A stretch of DNA of 64,000 bases from Methanobacteriota archaeon (lineage in GTDB: Archaea > Thermoplasmatota > Poseidoniia > Poseidoniales > Thalassarchaeaceae): positions 193,229-257,228 of the forward strand of contig JAOMRN010000001.1 in NCBI GenBank assembly GCA_028355015.1, given 5' to 3'. Below are positions 24,904 through 34,486 of the stretch, in pieces (position 1 is the stretch's first letter; every line of letters begins with the position of its first letter). Below the pieces are notes generated by a model. That model saw only the letters and a list, made by a program, of their open reading frames with translations, searched no databases and was not told the origin of the DNA. Both the position numbers and the translations under genes were made by a program.

Positions 24904-26175
24904 ATGGCCGATGAGCAAGCAGACAGCTCATCAGTTTCTAGAGTCGGTAGAATTCTAGATTCTATTGATTCCTTTTCAAAGAATTTTGAATATTCAGACG
25001 AACCCCAAAATCTCATATTGGAAAATAATCGTACTATTGAAGATAAAATCCCTGAGCCAGTTAATGATGAAGCAGAACCGGTAATAATCAATCCTAAATC
25101 TTCAACTGTAGTTGATAATAATACTCTTGACGAAAAATCAGCGGAATTAATTGAACTTTTTGAAAGAATAGTAAGATTTTCAGGTTCTAAATTAAAGTCT
25201 TTAGTATTCAATATTCAATACTTAATTCCTGCTCTTGTTATCTTCCAATCTGCCTTTTGGCTTGCATATCTTTCAGAGGATTCGATATCAAATGGATTTA
25301 TTTCCACTCTAGTCGGTGAATTTGGGGATGTGGGGGTAGTTCTTCTTCGTTTCTTTTCAATATTAGGGGGATTGGTCGCTTATTCTTTGTTCTCAAGTTT
25401 CGATTCACAGCAATCATTTGATACCTTTTCATTACATTCAACTCTTGTCGATTTGATTTTTATCCTGCTAATATTCTCTTCAATTCTCTATCTAAGGAAG
25501 AAATTTGAGTCGCTATACCTTCTATTTTTCATCTATGTTCTCTCATTTATTAACCGGTTTTTAGAAGTAAATGATTCATCATATGATTGGTTAGTGATGT
25601 TTTTGGTTATTCTAATCTCTATGTTTTTATTATCAATAGTTTCAATTCCATTGACTAGAAATAAAATTATCAGAGACAGAAAAGAATCTAGAATCGACCT
25701 TTCAGTTCTGAAAAAGACATCTTTGCTTACAGAAGACTCATATCGTAAACCCAATGTTGGCATATCAGGTAGTTCCATGGACCAAGCACCAGTAACCAAG
25801 CCACGTAGGCCCTCAAGGCGATCAGAATACGAACTTTATGAATGGGTATTATTATTGGCCAATTTGATACTATGGCCAGCAGTATTTTTCATATCTATAA
25901 TATTAGGTTCAGGTGTTGAGATGTATGGTAACTCGTATAATATGGACGAAAATTACCTTATGTTAATGGGTCCACTATTCCTTACTCTGTTCTTTTTCGG
26001 AATATTATTTAAAATGGATAAAAACGCTAGAGATGGAAGTCTTTATGCTGCTGAAAAACAGTCTTATCTAGAAGAAATGGACAAGTATCTCAAAGCAAGA
26101 ACTGCATATCTCGAATTAGTCACTCTACAAGCTGAGACTAAGAAACAAGAGATAGTGAGTTCTTCAGAGGAATAA
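24904..26175 (+). CDS. Hypothetical polytopic membrane protein (423 aa) with an acidic N-terminal region
   Basis: Long ORF with multiple TM segments. No motif recognised. Confidence 0.6.
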   Translation: MADEQADSSSVSRVGRILDSIDSFSKNFEYSDEPQNLILENNRTIEDKIPEPVNDEAEPVIINPKSSTVVDNNTLDEKSAELIELFERIVRFSGSKLKSLVFNIQYLIPALVIFQSAFWLAYLSEDSISNGFISTLVGEFGDVGVVLLRFFSILGGLVAYSLFSSFDSQQSFDTFSLHSTLVDLIFILLIFSSILYLRKKFESLYLLFFIYVLSFINRFLEVNDSSYDWLVMFLVILISMFLLSIVSIPLTRNKIIRDRKESRIDLSVLKKTSLLTEDSYRKPNVGISGSSMDQAPVTKPRRPSRRSEYELYEWVLLLANLILWPAVFFISIILGSGVEMYGNSYNMDENYLMLMGPLFLTLFFFGILFKMDKNARDGSLYAAEKQSYLEEMDKYLKARTAYLELVTLQAETKKQEIVSSSEE

Positions 26176-26179
26176 TTAC

Positions 26180-27796
26180 GTGAGCAAATCCAATCAAGAA
26201 TTAGGGCCATTTGGAAGGTCATTCATTGGAGATTTTCCAACCGTAGGGTCACTTTCCTTGTTAGCAGTTTCTTTTCTTTTGAGTGCATTACTTTCTCTAG
26301 GTAATTTGATTCCTTTCCTTATTTTATTTATCTTTTCTAGTTCCCTGACAGTATTATTTTCCTACAATTTTATAGAACCCCACTTTAATTCAAAGTCTAT
26401 AATTAATGGAATAGGTAGAATGAACAAAACAAGTTTTTCTTTAGAGTCCATTAAAGGAAGTTTTATTTCAGGTTCTGAAAGACCCAAAGAAATAATTTCA
26501 TTTAAGGATGCGATTAGAAGTTTCTTTAAAAATTGGGCCAATCTTCGAGGAAGAGCGTCCCGATCCGAATATAATTGGATACTTCTTTTGAATATTCTAA
26601 TTGAAATTCCAATAATATTGATAGGAGTATTTATCGGATTATTAGTGTCCTTATCTACTGAATCTAATTCATTTATTACCCTATTTCTGGGTTCCTTAGT
26701 GCTGTTTCTATCTCTTATTCTGATATTATTAGGCTTAGCCCTATTAATTCCAAGCATCACCCTCACCATTAGAAGAATTCACGACATAGGGTATTCTGGA
26801 TGGTATCTTCTTCTGTTGGCAATATTCATTTTAATATTTTATCATTTTAATATTTATCTTTACTTAATTTTCTCTATCCCAGTCAGTCTTTGGATGATAC
26901 TATCTTCTGGAGAAAACATAGCAAATAAATATGGCCCAATCCCCTCTAATAAATTAAATATCGATGGGACTAATTTTTCATCAAATGACGTTTGGGATTT
27001 ATCTGGATTGAGTTTTTCTGGAATATTCCATAATGACGTGAAATTTCAAGAAACAAGATTTGATGGAGTGTTAAACAGAAAAGGTCCAGTGATAGGTAAT
27101 TGGCAATCAGAAACCAAATTTAAGACGTTACTGAAAATAGGTGTAATCTTCTTCACCAACTACGCTGCACTATTTATGGCGGCTGTTTTTCCAATAATTT
27201 TTGTACTTCTTTTTGATATCAGTTTTGATACCTATGTTATCGTGTGGTTTACATTTCAGTGGTTATTACAAATTCTAATAATTTTAATTATACTTTATTT
27301 TGAAGATAAATTTAGTTATATCAGAGTTTTATTCACTGCCCCTAGTTTTAAACAATCAGCAATCCTAATACCTATAATAACGATTATTAATTTTATTTTG
27401 GTTATGATTTATTTATTTTTATATTCATCTATTTCTGCTCCTCCAACTGATTTAGGTTTGGACGAAATTGGAGAATCTACCTCTGGTATAGTCGTATTAT
27501 TTATTGCACTGGCAATTACTGCCCCATTATTGGAAGAGATATTATTTAGAGGGTATATTTTAGATAAAATAAGAAATTTATACTCCGATAATACTGCAAT
27601 TATTGGTACAGGTATTCTATTTGGATTGATGCATTGGCAAATATTCGCGCCCTTTTCTTTCGCTCAAGTTGGTTCAGCAACAATTGCTGGTTTTCTTTAT
27701 GCATGGCTTAGGATAAAAACAGGTAGTATATGGCCTAGTATCATCTGTCATTCATTGTGGAATAGTACTGTGTTTTTCATAGGGTTCATATTGTGA
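26180..27796 (+). CDS. Membrane protein fusing a DUF805 domain to a C-terminal CPBP (CAAX/Abi-type) intramembrane glutamic protease domain
   Basis: DUF805: RGRASRSEYNWILLLN and IRRIHDIGYSGWYLLL. CPBP: APLLEEILFRGYIL, FGLMHW, ICHSLWNS. GTG start. Confidence 0.7.
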   Translation: MSKSNQELGPFGRSFIGDFPTVGSLSLLAVSFLLSALLSLGNLIPFLILFIFSSSLTVLFSYNFIEPHFNSKSIINGIGRMNKTSFSLESIKGSFISGSERPKEIISFKDAIRSFFKNWANLRGRASRSEYNWILLLNILIEIPIILIGVFIGLLVSLSTESNSFITLFLGSLVLFLSLILILLGLALLIPSITLTIRRIHDIGYSGWYLLLLAIFILIFYHFNIYLYLIFSIPVSLWMILSSGENIANKYGPIPSNKLNIDGTNFSSNDVWDLSGLSFSGIFHNDVKFQETRFDGVLNRKGPVIGNWQSETKFKTLLKIGVIFFTNYAALFMAAVFPIIFVLLFDISFDTYVIVWFTFQWLLQILIILIILYFEDKFSYIRVLFTAPSFKQSAILIPIITIINFILVMIYLFLYSSISAPPTDLGLDEIGESTSGIVVLFIALAITAPLLEEILFRGYILDKIRNLYSDNTAIIGTGILFGLMHWQIFAPFSFAQVGSATIAGFLYAWLRIKTGSIWPSIICHSLWNSTVFFIGFIL

Positions 27797-27808
27797 GTTT
27801 AGGGAGGG

Positions 27809-29005
27809 ATGATCATTAATTCAGAATGGGGAATTGAAGGTATTGATTTTGCTGCAGACTTCGAGTATTCTGATAAAAGAAGCTTCAAGAAAGGTTTTGT
27901 TTTCACTGCAATTGGCTCAGTATTTTTTGCCATAATTTTAGTTTCTTTATTGATATTTTCCAGTCTTTTGGGGGTAGTTTCGGAAGTAATTTCAGATTGG
28001 GAAGGATATTATGAAATAACGGACTTTTCTGATAATGAAGAATTTGGATATAGGTTAGATGTCAATTCGAATGATTACATTAATTTGGCAGCAAATAAAT
28101 ATCCATATAGTGATTTAAATTTATATCCTGATTTTTCGTCCACAGTTTATATCGAGGGTGAAATTAGTTCAGATAGAGGTTGGTTTACTGGAGGTAGTGG
28201 TGTGATAATATCGAAATATTGGATTTTGACAGCAGCCCATGTGGTGCAAGATCTGATGATTTCAGAAACTCATGTGTACACTGGCGAAGATTATGAAAAC
28301 TATGATAATATTCGTTCTGTTAAAGAAATTCATATCCATCCTGGTTGGGATAAGAATAATGATGATGAGAATATGTTTGATGGTGTAGATATAGCATTAA
28401 TCAGATTATCATCGCCAATTAACACGATTACTCCGTCATTATGGGCAAACTCTGAAGGAATCGACGACCAAATTCTTAGTCAACTGATTTATACTTCTGG
28501 TTTTGGAGACTATGATTCAGAATTTGCTAATTGTTCTGAAAGTTGCCTTGAAGATGGAGACGGTTTTTTCTCCCAAAAGAGAGCTTGGGCTAATACCTTA
28601 GATCGTATTAATGATGATTTAGTACCGCCCCAAAATTATCAAGGTAAAGATGACTGGAAAGGAGGTTTAGTTGCATATGATTTTGATAGCCCGAGTGAAA
28701 CACATAATTCACTAAGTAAGAGCGCTGATGAATGGTCAAATAAGTATGGATATTTCCCTCATGCCGGCACTGGTTCCAGTAGTCCCGTTCCTCAGAAATT
28801 AGAGGGCATGTCGGTTCCTGGTGATTCAGGTGGCCCTACTTTCAGTTTAATAGATAATGAATGGTATGTTATTGCTGTGACTAGTTTTGGTATGGGCGAT
28901 ACTGGTGACTATGGTGAAGTATCGTTTGATACCAGAGTATCTGTTCATTCTGATTGGATTTGTTCTATATCAGATTCCGGTACTATAAGAATAGATGGAT
29001 GTTAA
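27809..29005 (+). CDS. Membrane-anchored trypsin-like (S1 family) serine protease
   Basis: Catalytic triad contexts WILTAAHVV, DIALIRL and VPGDSGGP, with an N-terminal TM anchor. Confidence 0.85.
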   Translation: MIINSEWGIEGIDFAADFEYSDKRSFKKGFVFTAIGSVFFAIILVSLLIFSSLLGVVSEVISDWEGYYEITDFSDNEEFGYRLDVNSNDYINLAANKYPYSDLNLYPDFSSTVYIEGEISSDRGWFTGGSGVIISKYWILTAAHVVQDLMISETHVYTGEDYENYDNIRSVKEIHIHPGWDKNNDDENMFDGVDIALIRLSSPINTITPSLWANSEGIDDQILSQLIYTSGFGDYDSEFANCSESCLEDGDGFFSQKRAWANTLDRINDDLVPPQNYQGKDDWKGGLVAYDFDSPSETHNSLSKSADEWSNKYGYFPHAGTGSSSPVPQKLEGMSVPGDSGGPTFSLIDNEWYVIAVTSFGMGDTGDYGEVSFDTRVSVHSDWICSISDSGTIRIDGC

Positions 29006-31038
29006 CTACAGTCGCCATCACATGCATCTAATATTTGTCCTTTCAAAAGAAACCCGAAAGCAATTTCAGCAGGTTCCGTAGGTGTCCATAAATACCCATG
29101 AGCGCCATTCCCTGGTCCGAAGATATTTTCTTCAGGTGCTGTATAATTTCCGTTAAAATACACAGCTACTGATGCAGATACATCCCCTTCAACCCATATT
29201 GATGTTTCAAGTGGATGATAAACTGAACTATTCATAATCAATGCACCTGAACTTCGAACCATTCTATCTGCAGATAAAACAGGGACTACTTGGTCTCCCA
29301 TTGAATTCAAAGCAACAAATTGATGTTCATGTAATCCTAAATGTTCGCTATTGAGATATGCTGAATATACGTCAGGGTCTACAATGTCCCATAATTGCTG
29401 AATTACAGCAGACATAATCACGGCTCTATCCATTTGATTATCATATGATATGTCTAGGGAAAATGCATAATATAATCCTTCTACTGCTCCGGACCTTTCA
29501 GCAATCAAGGTGTATGGGCCTCCGCCTGCGAATAATGCTCCTCGCTCAATATCCGGAGATAATGCCATCACTGGGATTCCTACTATCCCTCCTAGGGAAT
29601 AACCTCCCCAGTGAATCTCATCTGTATTTACAATCTTGACATCTGAATCATAGAATTCAGTTAAGTTCGAGCAAGCATCAGAAAATGTTCTTGCTAATAC
29701 TACATGATTGATCATTCCCTGTTCTAAACTTGCAGAGTGATGAGTAAAATAATTAGGATCTAACAATGCAAAAGAAATAGGATCATAGTCAACGCTGGTG
29801 AATCCTGTAATATCTGTTGTAAGCATCACAGTTTGGTATGTATGAGCCCATCCTCTAGGACCTCCATCACTTTGTCCCAAGAAGCCATGCCCCCAGATTG
29901 TAATAGGCATATTTTCAGTACTGTCTTCAATATTTGGAATAATCATTGTGAATGGTACTTCTCGATTTTCTACGAAGACAGGCATACGATTCTCATCTCT
30001 CTCAATCAATGTAGGAGTATATTCTGAAACGGTATATTGAGGTGCAGTAAATGTACCTGTTATTCTTCTCAAAGTGAGATTATCATCTCCATAATTTTCA
30101 TCGACGGAATCTATGGTACAACCAATACCACCTCCAATTCTCTCTAATGCATCATCTCTCATATGTATTGTTGGGCCCAATGCAGATTCTGCTGAGTTAG
30201 TAGTAAAACTCCAAATTGCTTGTATTCCTGATTTTTCAACATTCTTTTCTTCTATGAAATAGTCAATTAGAAGAGAGATATCTCCTCTTCTATCTTCAAT
30301 ATCTAATGAGTCAGTAGCATTTCCATTCATTATTGCGCTAAGTGCTTGTGAAGGCTCAATTAATTCACCTAATTCATCACTTAAACCGTGTACTAAAACA
30401 CCATATTCAGTATTGAATTCTAAATGTTTAATTGTTCTTATATGTAGTATTACATCCTCTCCCTCTTCAGCCCTAGCATCTAATTCAACCCAGTGTTCAA
30501 CAAGATCTCCTGTATCCATATTCACTAGCATTGTTTGATGCCCTGAATTCATACTTAGTGCGATATTATTCTGACTTGCAAGTATATCTATTATTGGAAT
30601 TGATGAAAAGGCGGTCATTATTTGAGTAGATGTACTAAATCCATCCATTTGATTGATTAGTGGTATTTCTATGACTGACTTTGATCCTGACCCTGGTAAA
30701 CTGTTAGCAGCATAATTGATCCTTTTTCCTGTAATAGTAGTAGAATCATCTAGCAAAAAAGCATTGGATGGAAATGGCAACATACAATGAATCGGATTGA
30801 TATTGTCGCACCCATTTGAGTGAGGGACAGTCAATACTTCATTTTCTCCATTATCGAGTGTATCATCTATGCAACTGTTATCTAATTCACAATCAGGTAT
30901 TGGCATATTATCTTCGATTTCTTCTGTTGTTTCATTCGATGCTTCAGTACACCCTGAGAGTAACATTGATGTCACTATTAATATCGCTATAAGAGTTCTT
31001 TTAGTGGCATTCATCATTTCCTCGAAACGGTTCAGCAC
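29002..31038 (-). CDS. Large secreted lipoprotein, probable alpha/beta hydrolase
   Basis: Signal/lipobox LLSGC. Nucleophile elbow GGYSLGG (G-x-S-x-G). No closer assignment possible. Confidence 0.55.
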   Translation of the reverse strand: MLNRFEEMMNATKRTLIAILIVTSMLLSGCTEASNETTEEIEDNMPIPDCELDNSCIDDTLDNGENEVLTVPHSNGCDNINPIHCMLPFPSNAFLLDDSTTITGKRINYAANSLPGSGSKSVIEIPLINQMDGFSTSTQIMTAFSSIPIIDILASQNNIALSMNSGHQTMLVNMDTGDLVEHWVELDARAEEGEDVILHIRTIKHLEFNTEYGVLVHGLSDELGELIEPSQALSAIMNGNATDSLDIEDRRGDISLLIDYFIEEKNVEKSGIQAIWSFTTNSAESALGPTIHMRDDALERIGGGIGCTIDSVDENYGDDNLTLRRITGTFTAPQYTVSEYTPTLIERDENRMPVFVENREVPFTMIIPNIEDSTENMPITIWGHGFLGQSDGGPRGWAHTYQTVMLTTDITGFTSVDYDPISFALLDPNYFTHHSASLEQGMINHVVLARTFSDACSNLTEFYDSDVKIVNTDEIHWGGYSLGGIVGIPVMALSPDIERGALFAGGGPYTLIAERSGAVEGLYYAFSLDISYDNQMDRAVIMSAVIQQLWDIVDPDVYSAYLNSEHLGLHEHQFVALNSMGDQVVPVLSADRMVRSSGALIMNSSVYHPLETSIWVEGDVSASVAVYFNGNYTAPEENIFGPGNGAHGYLWTPTEPAEIAFGFLLKGQILDACDGDCS

Positions 31039-32114
31039 TAAAAATCATTGTCTGAAGAGTTAGTTAATATCCGGTGGAAATGATGGACTCCTTTTTCTTT
31101 AGATGGTGAATATCTTCCTCTTTCATAAGATTTCGAAGAAACTCCTCTTTGTGTAGCTTCAACAATCTCTTGGTCTTCTGCTTCTACTTTATCTAAATCT
31201 CCTCCAGCGCCTTTTCCGAGCATTGATTTTTCACCTACAAAGCCATGATAAACTATTCTTGTTCTATCGACAGAGATTGGACTCACAACATTTACTGATA
31301 GACCCCATGGATAAAAGTTTAACATCAAACCAGGATATATCCAATAATAGTAAGCAGCTATTTTTTTCCCAAAGTCAGGTGATGATTCTGGTAAATCGAA
31401 ACATGCCTCTCCTTCGTTAGCAATACCTATTTGCAAAACACCTCCTTCGAATAATTCTGTGCTATATGAGTCATAATCAAGCACACTGTGTAAGTCTCCA
31501 TGCACAAATGGAATATGAAAACCTTCGAGATAATTATCTACGTAAAGTGCCCAATTAGCATTAATGTCATAAGACCTATGCCTTGATTCATCATATTCAA
31601 AAGATTCAATATTCATCCACCCAATTCTATTTTGCATTTCATTTATTACAGCATCATAAAATTGTTCTCCACCTAAGAATATTATTCCATTCCATTTTTT
31701 AATATTGAACTCTCTTAGATTATCAGAGTCGGTGGGGAAGTTTTCGACATCTGTAAATTCTGGCATATTCCTCATGCACCCATCTAATCCAAATGTCCTC
31801 CCATGATATCCACATTTGAGAGACTTCAGATCACAAGGCTTTGTAGCAATTAGCATACCTCTGTGCGTACATACATTTGATAGACATCTTATCTGTTCAT
31901 CTTTAGTTAATATTAATGCTTCTCCGAGAATATTTTCTAATTGAGGTAAAGGTATGATACTATTCTCATTAAGTTGACTTACATGTGCTGCAAAGTGAAA
32001 TGAATTAGAAAGTCTAGAGAGAATATCTGAAAATAGGGATTCTTCTGTGTAGTATCTTGATGGTAAAGTATGTGCTTTACAAATATCAGAATCTATGATA
32101 GGCGCAGCAACCAT
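31038..32114 (-). CDS. Rieske [2Fe-2S] non-haem iron oxygenase, alpha-subunit family
   Basis: CTHRG..x16..CGYHG Rieske motif, and NYLEGFHIPFVH (E-x2-H-x4-H mononuclear iron site). Confidence 0.8.
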   Translation of the reverse strand: MVAAPIIDSDICKAHTLPSRYYTEESLFSDILSRLSNSFHFAAHVSQLNENSIIPLPQLENILGEALILTKDEQIRCLSNVCTHRGMLIATKPCDLKSLKCGYHGRTFGLDGCMRNMPEFTDVENFPTDSDNLREFNIKKWNGIIFLGGEQFYDAVINEMQNRIGWMNIESFEYDESRHRSYDINANWALYVDNYLEGFHIPFVHGDLHSVLDYDSYSTELFEGGVLQIGIANEGEACFDLPESSPDFGKKIAAYYYWIYPGLMLNFYPWGLSVNVVSPISVDRTRIVYHGFVGEKSMLGKGAGGDLDKVEAEDQEIVEATQRGVSSKSYERGRYSPSKEKGVHHFHRILTNSSDNDF

Positions 32115-32149
32115 TGTGTTGACTCAGATGAATCCGTATTCAGTTATTT

Positions 32150-33001
32150 TCATGTGGAGGCATCGAATTTCTGAATTTTCGATCTCCAATTTACATAAGC
32201 AAATGAGGGAATAGACCACAGAATTATTGAACCTATCCAAGCTATTGCAGAACCGACTATCAAACCATATTCAATCATTGACCACATCGCTATAATTGAG
32301 TATGCAGCAACTGACGCGCCTCCCATCATCATGGGGCCTGCTGCGCCTAGAGGAACCGACGGTCCTTGAGCAATCCATAATGCTACCATACTTGTAAGAA
32401 ATATTGCAGGGAATACTGATGCTAGACCTGCAATTAGAGGCATTCCTAATCCTGAAATTATAACTGCAACACCTATAGCAGTGGCAGCTACAAAACCTCT
32501 GGAAACAAGGATTTTCTTACTGACTTGATTATTTCCTTTTGGTGCAGGTTTCAGATTCCAGCACATAATAGCTCCAAGTGTTCCAACCAATACAAATCCT
32601 GTAATTGCTATTTGATAGGCAGAGTAATTTTTATCGATAGCTAAATCTACTGTTTTAATTGCGAATATACCTGTACTCGTCCATACTAATAGTGAGCATA
32701 TACTGGTTACAATGAGCCTTTTATTTGAGTTCCATGTTTTCGGTAGTTTACTAGGTAGAATCGCCCAAGTTGAAAGAAATATTGCATTGATTAACATTCC
32801 TGCCGGAACTATCGCCAGACTAAGAATCAATGAATCATCTCCACCTTCTGATCCCATTCCTATAGCAGCAGGAATAATTGTAGTTGGTATAGTTCCTAGA
32901 ATTCCTCCCAAAACCCCTCCATATTTCTCAATAAGTACGGTTACAGTTGTCGCAACAACTCCTGCCATTACCGCTGCTAGCAAGGCGGTCTGCCCATCCA
33001 T
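32150..33001 (-). CDS. Hypothetical polytopic membrane protein (internally duplicated Gly-rich TM bundle)
   Basis: 283 aa, almost entirely hydrophobic, with two similar halves. Confidence 0.6.
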   Translation of the reverse strand: MDGQTALLAAVMAGVVATTVTVLIEKYGGVLGGILGTIPTTIIPAAIGMGSEGGDDSLILSLAIVPAGMLINAIFLSTWAILPSKLPKTWNSNKRLIVTSICSLLVWTSTGIFAIKTVDLAIDKNYSAYQIAITGFVLVGTLGAIMCWNLKPAPKGNNQVSKKILVSRGFVAATAIGVAVIISGLGMPLIAGLASVFPAIFLTSMVALWIAQGPSVPLGAAGPMMMGGASVAAYSIIAMWSMIEYGLIVGSAIAWIGSIILWSIPSFAYVNWRSKIQKFDAST

Positions 33002-33053
33002 GATGGCTCGTGATGATAACTAACCAAGAAGTCTTCAGCGAGTCTTCCAGAGC

Positions 33054-34436
33054 GTGTGTTTGATGTGGTGGCAGTATTCCACAGCCATCGTGGTAGATTG
33101 GCCTGAGGCGGGAGCCGCTGTTCGTTTGGTAGTGAAGACTTGGGCTGGAGAGGCTTCACATGAGGGCCTTGCATTGCCTCCAGCAGGGCCTAAATTAGTA
33201 ACTATGAAGTTAGTAAATGGTTACAATATTTCTTATCCTGAAATCGTGGTTCAAAGTATTGAGATTCTTGAATCAGTAGAAATTCATGAAGAAGAAAAAG
33301 TACCATTTATACCTCAAGACGAATCTCTACCTCTTGTTCATTTAATCCATACAGGAGGTACGATTGCATCAAAAGTTGATTATAATACAGGTGCAGTATC
33401 TGCCCGTTTCGAACCTGATGAATTATTAGATGCGGTTCCCGAACTCCGTTCAATTGCCCGAATTCATGTTGTGAAATTAGGTAATATGTGGTCTGATGAT
33501 ATTCGCCCACGTCATTGGAATCGTATGTTGAAGGCTACTGAGGAAGCGTTCTCAGAAGATGCAGTAGGAGTTGTCATTACTCATGGTACCGATACATTAC
33601 ATTACACCGCTGCAGCAATGTCTTACGGTTGGGCAGGCCAAGGTGGTAGACCCCCGGGAAGAATAGTTCTAACAGGTTCTCAACGATCTCCTGACAGAGG
33701 TTCATCTGATGCTGCTGAGAATCTTATAGCGGCAGTTCATTGGGCCGCTAATGGGCCTAAACCTAGCGGTTATGGCGACTCTTCAGTAGTTGTACTTCAT
33801 GCAGATTCTTCCGATGGTCGTTGCGCAGTTCTCCCCGGTTGTGCTTCTCGTAAATATCATTCTTCAAGAAGAGGTGCTTTCAAATCTATAAATCAAAATC
33901 CCCTTGCTCATGTTCTTGTGAATAAGGGTTCAGCAACAATCGAATTATTTGAATCAAGGGCTCATGATGCTAGGATTGAAACAGAATCTCCGACTTATTT
34001 TGATGAGTCAATTCGTATTGCAGAATTTTCCGCTGGGCCTCACTTACATTCAGACTTAGTCCAGGCGGCAATTGATTCAGGTTACGATGCTCTGTATTTC
34101 CATGGCACAGGTCTTGGGCATTTACCTATACAGGACCCTGAGGACGATAGTCCTGAAAACACCAAACTAAGATTTACAGTAGAAGATTACTGTAAATCAG
34201 GGGGGGTAGCGGTGCTAACTACTCAAACGATTCATGGGCCAGTTCATTTGGATGTTTATTCCAAAGGGCGTATTCAGCAAGAAATGGGGATAATAGGACA
34301 TGGGTCACTTTGCCCTCCAAGTTCTGGTTTAGTCAAGTTACATCATCTTCTTTCAGTTGGTAATGGAAGTGATTATGTGGCCTCAGGATGGGAACAAGAT
34401 CTGTGCGGTGAAAATCCGTATGACTCTCAATCTTGA
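33054..34436 (+). CDS. gatD: Glutamyl-tRNA(Gln) amidotransferase subunit D (archaeal GatD, asparaginase-like)
   Basis: MKLVNGYNISY, HTGGTIASKVDYNTGAV, ITHGTDTLHYTAAA, TGSQRS. The track start is GTG; an ATG lies at 33063. Confidence 0.88.
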   Translation: MCLMWWQYSTAIVVDWPEAGAAVRLVVKTWAGEASHEGLALPPAGPKLVTMKLVNGYNISYPEIVVQSIEILESVEIHEEEKVPFIPQDESLPLVHLIHTGGTIASKVDYNTGAVSARFEPDELLDAVPELRSIARIHVVKLGNMWSDDIRPRHWNRMLKATEEAFSEDAVGVVITHGTDTLHYTAAAMSYGWAGQGGRPPGRIVLTGSQRSPDRGSSDAAENLIAAVHWAANGPKPSGYGDSSVVVLHADSSDGRCAVLPGCASRKYHSSRRGAFKSINQNPLAHVLVNKGSATIELFESRAHDARIETESPTYFDESIRIAEFSAGPHLHSDLVQAAIDSGYDALYFHGTGLGHLPIQDPEDDSPENTKLRFTVEDYCKSGGVAVLTTQTIHGPVHLDVYSKGRIQQEMGIIGHGSLCPPSSGLVKLHHLLSVGNGSDYVASGWEQDLCGENPYDSQS

Positions 34437-34486
34437 TTAAAGTTCAAGCCGACTCTGTCAATAACCGTCTGTTAGTTCGGAACGTT

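Noticed and set aside
32977-33174. Minus-strand 65-aa ORF in the locally GC-richer stretch at the gatD 5' end
   Set aside because: It overlaps the conserved N-terminal domain of GatD (GAAVRLVV...MKLVNGYNISY) and has an Arg/Pro/Trp-rich shadow-like composition.
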